Positions 29,473 through 37,579 of a stretch of DNA of 46,670 nucleotides are shown here, one piece after another. Numbering within the stretch: position 1 is the stretch's first letter; each line of letters opens with the position of its first letter. The notes below the pieces were generated by a model, which worked only from the letters and a program-made list of their open reading frames with translations, did no database searches and had not been told where the DNA came from. The stretch is taken from NCBI GenBank assembly GCA_048881705.1, contig JBHLSH010000021.1:1-46670 (forward strand), read 5' to 3'. The position numbers were made by a program, and so were the translations under genes. Source of the stretch: Candidatus Heimdallarchaeota archaeon (GTDB taxonomy: Archaea; Asgardarchaeota; Heimdallarchaeia; Hodarchaeales; Hodarchaeaceae).

Positions 29473-30192
29473 TCAGTCCGCTTTTTTGGGAATGAATACT
29501 CTCGGGGTATGTTGAAAATATGTAAAAAGCATATTCATAGCGAATGCGGTTAACAGCAGAATCGTACCTAGAGCAAGGGCGTACTCCCACCTTCCTGCAG
29601 CAATCTCTTTACCAATTGCAGTTGTTAATGTACGTGTTCGCCACCTAATATTACCACCCACTATTTGGATCGCTCCAATCTCCGAGATTGCACCTCCAAA
29701 CGCGGCAATAAAAGCAGCAAAGATTTCAGTTCTTACTTCTCTGATTTGAAGCCAAGTTAATTGTAATGGCGTGGCACCTAATGTTGTGGCGGCTTCTTTA
29801 ATACTCGGATCTATACTCGAAACAGCACTCGCGGAAAGTCCAACAATGATTGGAATGGCCAAAAACAACTGAGCCAGCATCATAGCATTCTCAGTTAACA
29901 ACAGATTCACAAATCCAAGGGATCCACTGGATGAAAATAATACAAATATCAATAAACCCATGACAACTGGAGGAAATGACATACCTGTATTAACTACAAC
30001 CCAAATGATTCTCCTTCCTGCAAATGTTCGAGATCCTAAAGCGATTCCGAATGGGATACCGAGAACTCCTGCTAAAACCACAGCGGTGAGAGAAACTCGT
30101 AATGAAAGAAATGTAATAGCTAGGACTTCTGGATCTAATGTTATAATTAGGTTTACAGCTTGGATTAACGAATCCAATAATTCATTGGACAA
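29473..30192 (-). CDS. tupB: Tungstate ABC transporter permease
   Basis: LSLRVSLTA, NTGMSFPPVVMGL, GSLG..LLLT..AMMLAQ, AAFGGAISEIGAIQIVGGNIRWRTRTLTTAI. Confidence 0.92.
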   Translation of the reverse strand: MSNELLDSLIQAVNLIITLDPEVLAITFLSLRVSLTAVVLAGVLGIPFGIALGSRTFAGRRIIWVVVNTGMSFPPVVMGLLIFVLFSSSGSLGFVNLLLTENAMMLAQLFLAIPIIVGLSASAVSSIDPSIKEAATTLGATPLQLTWLQIREVRTEIFAAFIAAFGGAISEIGAIQIVGGNIRWRTRTLTTAIGKEIAAGRWEYALALGTILLLTAFAMNMLFTYFQHTPRVFIPKKAD

Positions 30193-30309
30193 CTTACATC
30201 ATTCCGATAAGAATTCAGCTTTTCGAGTCTAGACAAAAAAAAAGAACTTTGGCCGATGTTATTGAACTTTTCTCAATTGGAACGTAAATTTCGTAGTGGA
30301 TCACTCATA

Positions 30310-30621
30310 CTAGCTTGGTTTCTTCAGTCCATCGATTAAATGACGAGCAGCTAAGATTGGATGTCTTAATGTCATCTTTGGTCCTGAAAAGCGCATGACC
30401 TCCCTAACCAATTCTCTCATCTCTGGTTTATAACAGTGGATTTTACATTTTGCACAGGTTGGTTTATCCATTCCGTAAGGACAGTTCTCTAATCGTACCT
30501 CGGCGTACTGTAACAATTCCGAGCATTGCAGACATAAAGCTGGATCTTTTTGATGTTTTCCTCTACAATAAATATCTATCATTATTCCGATTGTCTTTCG
30601 TTCTCTTTCAAGCCGATTCAA
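30310..30621 (-). CDS. Nitrous-oxide-stimulated promoter (YgbA) family Cys-rich protein
   Basis: RLERERKTI..MI.IYC..KH...LC.QC.ELLQYA..RL..CPYG..KPTCAKCKIHCYKP.MRE..REVMRFSGP.M..RHP.LA..HL.DG. Confidence 0.9.
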   Translation of the reverse strand: MNRLERERKTIGIMIDIYCRGKHQKDPALCLQCSELLQYAEVRLENCPYGMDKPTCAKCKIHCYKPEMRELVREVMRFSGPKMTLRHPILAARHLIDGLKKPS

Positions 30622-30688
30622 CCCAGTTCATTCCTTTGAATGTATATATGGTAATTTCAGAACTTTTTCGTAATAGATTCGGGATACA

Positions 30689-31162
30689 TCAATTGTAACG
30701 CGCTTGCCACTTCCTTAACCGATCCGGAACTAACCGTTGACCGGGAGCATAGAGGTTAGAATTAATGAAGATTAATGGGACTGAGAGTAACAATGGAAGA
30801 CCGTGTAATAAGAGCATAAACCAGTTGGGAATCAATGAAAGGGTGATCAGTGCCAGTATCGATGTACTCAATAAACTCGTGAATCTTAAAAGGAAACCAA
30901 AAAGAAATGCTAATCCTACACTTAACTCTAATATCGCACCGAAGTATCTAACCAGAGTGAACATTTGAGAATTGTCCAAGATGAGGAAGATTAAATCAGT
31001 GAATAGTATGCCATTTTTAGCTGGGAGCTCCAATGTTCTTCGAAAAACTTCATCAAAAATGAGATGATTCATGCCAAGCCAGAGGTAGAGACCGGCTAGC
31101 AAAAATCTTGGTATGAGGATTAACTTGGGAACTTTCGATTTTCCAGAATTGCCGTTCCGCAA
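30689..31162 (-). CDS. DoxX-family membrane protein
   Basis: RFLLAGLYLWLGMNHL...ILELSVGLAFLFGFLLRFTSLL; four TM helices. Confidence 0.75.
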   Translation of the reverse strand: MRNGNSGKSKVPKLILIPRFLLAGLYLWLGMNHLIFDEVFRRTLELPAKNGILFTDLIFLILDNSQMFTLVRYFGAILELSVGLAFLFGFLLRFTSLLSTSILALITLSLIPNWFMLLLHGLPLLLSVPLIFINSNLYAPGQRLVPDRLRKWQARYN

Positions 31163-31442
31163 TTTAAACCCGAAAATAGTTAATCAGAGTCGGATTAATG
31201 TATATGCCTGGTCTTCCGAAAACCTTTTGCCACTTTGGTCTTTTTCATGATAGTTTTCTCCCGAATATTCTTTAATTCAACCCATAGCTATATTTAATGT
31301 ATTCTTGACCGCCTTTCCCTTTTTTAAGTCCGTTAGAATGAGACAAAGTCATTTAGTTCAAAGAAAGCTTTGCATTACGGCAAACGGAAAATATAACTTT
31401 TAACGACGCGAAAAAACGCTCGGGGTTATACCAATCGAATAT

Positions 31443-32384
31443 TTGGTGTCTATTATGAAAAAAATAAAAGTATCAATAAGTCTCTTTTTATTGACTTTAA
31501 GCGTACTCACTGTAGCATACGCAACAGCGGGTCCATCAGGAGTAGGAGATCCAGCTGTCTTGGCAAAGATGCACGGGATCAACGATCAACTCGCGGAGAT
31601 GGGCTACAATATCGCAGTTGAAGAGATTCAGTTTTTCACCATCGGTGGTGGACGTCCTAGCAATCGAATCCATCAACAACCATTTCGATGGGTTGCAAAT
31701 GATCAAGGGCGTTTAGCTCAAGGAAACGATATCACATATTTAGTTGACCAAAGTGATGGCGCAACGTCGAGTCATCTAACATCTGCCCAGACCGAAGCTG
31801 CAATAGATAGGTCAATGACTACCTGGAATGATTTGCTTGCCATGCGAAAAGTCGACCTAGTTAAGCGTCCTGACTCGGGTTTTGATCCTGATATCTTTGA
31901 TTCCTTCTTTGGTTTTGGAGGCTTTGGTTTTCCGTTCTTTGCTGATATTGTTCACGCTGGATGGTTGCCTGCTGCATACTTTGAAGCAGTAGGCGGCCCA
32001 GGTGGAGCCCGTGGAATACTTGCTTTTTCGGTTACTTTTATATGGACGGACGATGTGACCGGGCTTCCTACAGATATCAATGGTGACAACTATCTCGATA
32101 CCGCCCTTAATGAAGTCTATTTCAATGATAATTTCGGGGCTCCATTTGATCCCGCTAATCCTACCTGGGATCGTTCAGGAAATCCCTGGGGAATAGATGT
32201 ACCATTACCTGGAATTGATGTTGAGACCGTAAGCCTACACGAGAGTGGGCATTCCTTGGGTTTAGGTCACTATGGACCGCCACCAGCGGCCGTAATGAAC
32301 CCAGTTTATGCTGGAATTAATCAATACCCTGACCCAATTGATATCGCGGGTATGAATATCGTCTGGGCTTCTTGGCCGAAATAA
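31443..32384 (+). CDS. Secreted metzincin (matrixin/M10-like) zinc metalloprotease
   Basis: Signal peptide MKKIK...AYA (likely start ATG31455), HESGHSLGLGH (HExxHxxGxxH), Met-turn AVMNP and Ca-binding-like DINGDNYLD. Confidence 0.9.
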   Translation: MVSIMKKIKVSISLFLLTLSVLTVAYATAGPSGVGDPAVLAKMHGINDQLAEMGYNIAVEEIQFFTIGGGRPSNRIHQQPFRWVANDQGRLAQGNDITYLVDQSDGATSSHLTSAQTEAAIDRSMTTWNDLLAMRKVDLVKRPDSGFDPDIFDSFFGFGGFGFPFFADIVHAGWLPAAYFEAVGGPGGARGILAFSVTFIWTDDVTGLPTDINGDNYLDTALNEVYFNDNFGAPFDPANPTWDRSGNPWGIDVPLPGIDVETVSLHESGHSLGLGHYGPPPAAVMNPVYAGINQYPDPIDIAGMNIVWASWPK

Positions 32385-32399
32385 ATCAATTTTTTAAAA

Positions 32400-32446
32400 C
32401 TCCAGGATTCCGGTGTAATCTTGGAGGCACCCTCTATCTTTTTTTT
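32400..32446 (+). terminator. Hairpin plus T-tract terminator after the matrixin-like gene
   Basis: ctccaggatt-ccggtgt-aatcttggag (10-bp stem with one G-U pair), then a T8 tract at 32439-32446. Confidence 0.6.
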
Positions 32447-32818
32447 CTCTCTATTTTTTTGTGTAATGTTTTCTAACCCAGTTCTACCAGTGTTGCCGTT
32501 TTGATCCGATCATTATTATGGCAATATCAAAACAATATTCTTGCTCATTTAGAAGCTTTTCTCCTACATGAATCTATATAAGTGTGATCAACGAGTAGCT
32601 GTTGTAAATTACTTTGATTAAAGGCAGTAAATCTTCAATGGGGATCAAATTATCCTATAGGATTTACGAGACAAAATTTAAAAAACAAACAAAGGCCCTT
32701 GCTTCTACTTATATCGATTCTAGAGAATTCATCCGCAAGCTCTCTTGGGGTAGTGCGTATACTGTGAAACTTTACTCCACAGAACCATAAAGGAGAATTC
32801 CTTAGAATTCAAAAAAAA

Positions 32819-34939
32819 GTGTGTGAACTAAAGATGAAGAGTAAAAAAGTGGCTACAGCAATTGTTGGCCTCCTAGTGTTTGGTATGCTTGGAATTGCGC
32901 TGGTAACTCTGGGTAGTACCAGCGAATTAACCAATTATGTACCAATGGACGTCGGGCCAAGATTAAGAGAGATTACGAGTAAAGATGTTGGAGTTGATTT
33001 TATCCAAGGTGAAGCACTTGCCGGAATGGGTGCTGAAGGTGAACTTGATCTTAACATCCTAGATGCGAGATGGTGGATATCCTATAATGATTTTTATGGC
33101 TATGTATATTGGGATGTCTATTATCTGGTGGCTGAGAGCGACCTCACCGAGATTTGGGTACAATCAAACTTAAATTGGAGTGTTGGCGATCCACGACCGA
33201 ATCCAGTTGTTACGCAGGACCAAATCGATTATCTTCTGGACGAATTTGATAGCAACATCTATCCAACTGATACAGATTACTTCGGAAATCCTGATGAACA
33301 CAATGGATCGTTTTCAGTCTTAAGCGCAACCGATTACGAGGATGAAGCTGCACGGAATGTTATCATGGTTTCAAACGTACGAGACGAAAACTTCTATGAC
33401 CCAACCTACCCTTCCTATATCGCAGGATTTTATTGGGGCCTATACGAGTTCTATTTTGACAGGAATATCATAAACATCGATGCATATGATTGGGCGAACA
33501 GGGTCGGCCCAGATGGTTCTCGACCTTTCTTGTATGAAGGTACCATTGCTCATGAATACCAGCACTTAATCCATTCGGATTACGTTTCAGGGGATGCGAC
33601 GTTCATTAACGAAGGATTCTCCGACTTTGCCGAATTACTTTGCGGTTACGGTGCCCCCTGGGGACATATCAATGCGTTTCTTGCTACGCCTGATAATTCG
33701 CTGATATTATGGGGCGATCAAGGGCCACGTAACATCCTGGCGGACTATGGGGCTGCTGCGTTATTTGCTATTTACTTAAATGACCAGTTTGGTGAGGATT
33801 TCATCCCTGATTTCTTACAGGCTGGAATCCCTGGAATTGCGGGTCTTGAAAACGGTTTTCCATCGTGGATGAACTTTGATAGAGTATTTCAAAACTGGCG
33901 AGTTGCCAACCTGATCGACTCGTGGTGGCCGGGCTATGGTGCATTTAACTATCGGAGTATAGATCTACACGGGGATGATGCAGATCCTATGCGAATCTAT
34001 GAGGTTAAAGCAAAGGATACGCCAATGTTAGGAACAGATTTCGGTAACACAATAACTGGTTATGGCAATCCTCCTGCCAATACATGGGTATCCCTGCTCC
34101 GTGGTTATGGAACAGATTACATCAGAATAACGCATATCAAGAAGAATTTTAAAGCCATGTTCAACTTCGATGGCTGGGATGAAGGCAAAGTTTCCATTGA
34201 TTGGTTGAAGGTCGATGAAGGCTTCGATCAAGACGAAGATCTGGAATGGTATTCGACAACAGCGGGCGGTTATCAGGATATCAGTATCGTTGGTGAATTC
34301 ACATTAGATTCTGGTGTGTCACATACTCTCACAATAGATACCTATTATAACATCGAAACAGGATGGGACTATGGATTTGTCCAGGTTTCAACCGACGCTG
34401 GAGCCACATGGACCTCACTCGCAAACGACTATACAGGGACACCACCCGATCCAGATGCCTATGGGCCCATTGTTGCACAACTTCCTGGATTAAGTGGCGT
34501 TACTGATGGGTGGACGACTATGGACTTTGACCTTTCGGATTATACTGGTCAAACCATTATGATTCGCTTCCGTTACATGACTGACGCGTTCGTTCAGCAT
34601 GAAGGCTGGTATTTGGATAACGTTCGAATCGATGGCGTTCTCGTTGACAACGCCGATGATCTTGTGGTCTTCAACCAATACCTCGAACAATACGAAGAGA
34701 ACGATTTCTTTGTTACTTTGGTTAGAGTGAAAAAATACCATGGACATCTATACTATACAGGTGTGAAAACAATCAGATTGGATCCGACAACTGAATCTGC
34801 TACCAAGAACATAGACCACTTCCTCAAAGGGGCTGATAGCGTCATCTTAATTGTAAGTCCCACTACAGGCTATTCGGATTATGAATTTTCCATAGAATAC
34901 AAGCATCGCCACCATCACAAATGGTGGTGGGACGATTAG
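32819..34939 (+). CDS. Secreted zinc metalloprotease, immune-inhibitor-A (M6)/M30-like, with C-terminal beta-sandwich domain
   Basis: Signal/TM segment, AHEYQHLIH and INEGFS zinc motifs, YNIETGWDYGFVQVSTD.G.TW...FRYMTD..V...GWYLDNV InhA-type C-domain. Confidence 0.85.
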   Translation: MCELKMKSKKVATAIVGLLVFGMLGIALVTLGSTSELTNYVPMDVGPRLREITSKDVGVDFIQGEALAGMGAEGELDLNILDARWWISYNDFYGYVYWDVYYLVAESDLTEIWVQSNLNWSVGDPRPNPVVTQDQIDYLLDEFDSNIYPTDTDYFGNPDEHNGSFSVLSATDYEDEAARNVIMVSNVRDENFYDPTYPSYIAGFYWGLYEFYFDRNIINIDAYDWANRVGPDGSRPFLYEGTIAHEYQHLIHSDYVSGDATFINEGFSDFAELLCGYGAPWGHINAFLATPDNSLILWGDQGPRNILADYGAAALFAIYLNDQFGEDFIPDFLQAGIPGIAGLENGFPSWMNFDRVFQNWRVANLIDSWWPGYGAFNYRSIDLHGDDADPMRIYEVKAKDTPMLGTDFGNTITGYGNPPANTWVSLLRGYGTDYIRITHIKKNFKAMFNFDGWDEGKVSIDWLKVDEGFDQDEDLEWYSTTAGGYQDISIVGEFTLDSGVSHTLTIDTYYNIETGWDYGFVQVSTDAGATWTSLANDYTGTPPDPDAYGPIVAQLPGLSGVTDGWTTMDFDLSDYTGQTIMIRFRYMTDAFVQHEGWYLDNVRIDGVLVDNADDLVVFNQYLEQYEENDFFVTLVRVKKYHGHLYYTGVKTIRLDPTTESATKNIDHFLKGADSVILIVSPTTGYSDYEFSIEYKHRHHHKWWWDD

Positions 34940-34987
34940 GTAAAGGAATAATCCCCAGCCTTACCCCTTTTTTTCCCCCTTTTTTTT
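34939..34987 (+). terminator. Pyrimidine-rich terminator after the M6-like gene
   Basis: Weak stem ggtaaagg/ccttacc followed by T7 and T8 tracts. Confidence 0.5.
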
Positions 34988-35503
34988 CCAAGCGAGATTT
35001 TTTTTCCTAGCTTGGCGAGACGCATCCTTGTTTGGCCATCTGACCATTCTCTAACTTCTCAACAGTCTAATAAATCTCCTGGTTGAGTATATCAGCGAAA
35101 CCGAAACAGACCTTATTTACTGAACCATGACCATTAAAAAATCGATATTTTGGATCTGACCTCATGCTGATAAAACTCAGGCAATGTCTTAAAGGGTAAT
35201 ATACCCAAAACCCTATCTCCCAGATTTTACTAGTTCAATGCCTCAAATCATTCATAACCTTGGACTTTCTAATGTTTACGGTCTGTTCTATGATTGACTG
35301 AATCGGGTGCTATAAATGATTTTAAGAATTCAGAGTAACTGTTATCAGGATATCTCACGGGTTAAGGTGGGCGAGCGATCCTGCAATTATTCTTCAAGCA
35401 TCTGCTACCAAATTACCAGGAATGGCAGGAGGAACCATTTGCTCCCTGGGGTTTTGAGGAATCGGTTTTTTTTTCTGTTCTAGGATTCTTCGAATCTAGA
35501 TTA

Positions 35504-36250
35504 TTGGACAATCCAGAATTTTCTCTGAGGAATATTGTCCAATGCGAACCTATTTTTATGGATTCAGGAGCTTTCGCATCGGCATGCCTCGGTTTTACGT
35601 TAGATCCATTCGAAGTTGCAGAAATACATTCACGTCTTAAAGCAGATCTGATAGTGCCTCTAGATGATATTATTTTCTCAGAAGATAACGAGACTATGAT
35701 TAATCAGAAAGTTGCAACGACTATTCTTAACACGGAAATTCTTATTGATTTAAAACCGAAAGAGAGTGAAATCGTTGGTCCCCTTCAGGGGCTCTCCCTA
35801 GACGTTATCGAACGACTTTTTGATGCTTACCGATCGCTTGGAATCAGGAAATTCGCTCTCGGGGGATTAGTTTTTCAATCGAGTCTTAAACAGACTATTG
35901 AACATATTAAAAGGGTTCGCAAGCTTACCAATGGTTTTTTCTTGCATGTTTTTGGACGATTTCTTCATCCTGCATTGTTAAAGCCGATTATGAAAGCCAA
36001 AGCCGATTCGGTCGACGGTTTTGGATATATTCTCAAGTCCGTGAAAGGGATGTATATTGAACAGAAGACAAGAAAATATGTTGCCATAGGAGCCTTAGAA
36101 TCCGTAGAGGAGTGTCCGTGTTCGGTTTGCATAGACAATGATATCTTGGACTTTCAACGAGGGGATGAGGCGGCCCAGTATCTCTTGATCCGACATAACA
36201 TTGCCGCATTAATCGACATCAAGAATCAATCTCTTTCGGAGCTGAACTGA
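35504..36250 (+). CDS. Short tRNA-guanine transglycosylase-like (TGT/DpdA-like) protein lacking PUA domains
   Basis: IFMDSGAF, IVPLD, PLQG, FALGGLV, LHVFG, ADSVDG and the Zn site CPCSVC...RHN. The frame is open back to 35366, so the true start is probably upstream (35378 or 35381). Confidence 0.85.
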   Translation: MDNPEFSLRNIVQCEPIFMDSGAFASACLGFTLDPFEVAEIHSRLKADLIVPLDDIIFSEDNETMINQKVATTILNTEILIDLKPKESEIVGPLQGLSLDVIERLFDAYRSLGIRKFALGGLVFQSSLKQTIEHIKRVRKLTNGFFLHVFGRFLHPALLKPIMKAKADSVDGFGYILKSVKGMYIEQKTRKYVAIGALESVEECPCSVCIDNDILDFQRGDEAAQYLLIRHNIAALIDIKNQSLSELN

Positions 36251-36253
36251 TCC

Positions 36254-37561
36254 ATGGAACAGCTAACGAATTTTCTTGTTTTAAACCGACATCTGACAGC
36301 AGGAGAAGGTTTTTTATTTCGTAAACTTGTACAGCAATGGCCCTATTCTCTCAGAATAAATCGAGTGAAGAAAGAATTGAGGAAAGCGGGGTTTCCCAAG
36401 GCTCAAGAAGTCCTGATAAAGCTTTCTAACAAGAGAATAATACTAGTAGACAAGAGCCAAATTACAATTCATCAGAAGGGGATCCTAAAGTTCTTGGATG
36501 GTCTTCAGGATCAATTATTGAAAATATCGGGAGAGTTTAGCAGACTTAAGCTAAATTTAGAGGAGGAACGGCCGAGACAGAGAAATACATTTGGTCAACA
36601 GATTCTACAGCCCGAAGATGTTCTTCTCTTATTTTCCGGGAACAAACCTGTGCAATCCGAAAAAGTATTCCTAAGTGGAAATGATCTAATTCACACTATG
36701 GAGACAATAGAACGTCTTGCTTATCTGGGCATCCTAAAGATTCAAGAAAAATCCAAGTCTCGTAAAATTTCATTGACCAGTGAGGGAGCCGCCCTAAGAT
36801 ATTTATTTCACCACAAGCATGAACTAAATAAAGTAAATTATGATTATCTAGAAAACGCTTTCCTTAAACCAAATCATGCTACATGGCATAAGTTTTTGGA
36901 AAAATTGAACAATGTTCAGGAGGTACCACTCCTCCCATCTTGGCAAACAAGTTTTTTTGCCATTCTCATCAATCTAAGGATCCTTGTGAAGGAGGAAGGA
37001 AATCTTTCTAGGTTTGTTGTAAAGCCCCCAGAGGGAATACCCCCATTCAATCATGATGAAATTTCATCATTAAAAGAAGAGGTCAGTGGATTCATACCAA
37101 TGATGACAGAAAGGCTCCTTGAAATCCTTATAGAGCTCCGTAACTCAGATAATCCAACATCTATTGGGCAACATTTGGAACTTGGACCATCATCGGTTGG
37201 AGGAAGTTTGAAAATGCTCACGAAGTTCGGCTTGGTGGACAAGTCGGAAAAAAGGGCAATTTACACGCTGACTTCCAAAGGAGAACAGTTGGTGAAATTT
37301 TCGAGGGATATGGAGGAAATGAAAACTCTCCTTGCGAAGGCAATCGAGAAATTCAAAGTCTTTAAAGCGGTGATGAGGTTTGCCGAATCGCAACCAGATA
37401 GTACATTCGGGTTCCTAGACTTGGCGGGTTTTTTTCGGGCTTCAGGGGTAAGAAATTTTAATCCTGCGAAAGCACTCTCAGTAATGCGATTGATGACGCA
37501 GCTCCACATGGGAATAGTGGAGCAGGAGGGCAGTTCTGGACTATATCGCTTAGTCGCATAA
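36254..37561 (+). CDS. Multi-winged-helix DNA-binding protein
   Basis: wHTH-like units: IERLAYLGILKI...ISLTSEG; PTSIGQHLELGPSSVGGSLKMLTKFGLVDK...YTLTSKG; and a terminal ALSVMRLMTQLHMGIVEQEGSSGLYRL. It starts 3 nt after the TGT-like stop. Confidence 0.7.
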   Translation: MEQLTNFLVLNRHLTAGEGFLFRKLVQQWPYSLRINRVKKELRKAGFPKAQEVLIKLSNKRIILVDKSQITIHQKGILKFLDGLQDQLLKISGEFSRLKLNLEEERPRQRNTFGQQILQPEDVLLLFSGNKPVQSEKVFLSGNDLIHTMETIERLAYLGILKIQEKSKSRKISLTSEGAALRYLFHHKHELNKVNYDYLENAFLKPNHATWHKFLEKLNNVQEVPLLPSWQTSFFAILINLRILVKEEGNLSRFVVKPPEGIPPFNHDEISSLKEEVSGFIPMMTERLLEILIELRNSDNPTSIGQHLELGPSSVGGSLKMLTKFGLVDKSEKRAIYTLTSKGEQLVKFSRDMEEMKTLLAKAIEKFKVFKAVMRFAESQPDSTFGFLDLAGFFRASGVRNFNPAKALSVMRLMTQLHMGIVEQEGSSGLYRLVA

Positions 37562-37579
37562 AGGGAGTAACGAACCTGT

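Noticed and set aside
35067-35234. 56-codon open frame on the minus strand in the 560-bp gap before the TGT-like gene, considered as a transposase or pseudogene fragment
   Set aside because: Only 32 aa from its ATG, no DDE or other family motif, and no terminal inverted repeats or target duplications found.
35336-35365. Idea that TAA is recoded as a sense codon (two in-frame TAA upstream of the TGT-like gene)
   Set aside because: moaA ends at its conserved C-terminal GG followed directly by TAA, and many other genes end in TAA at the expected length.
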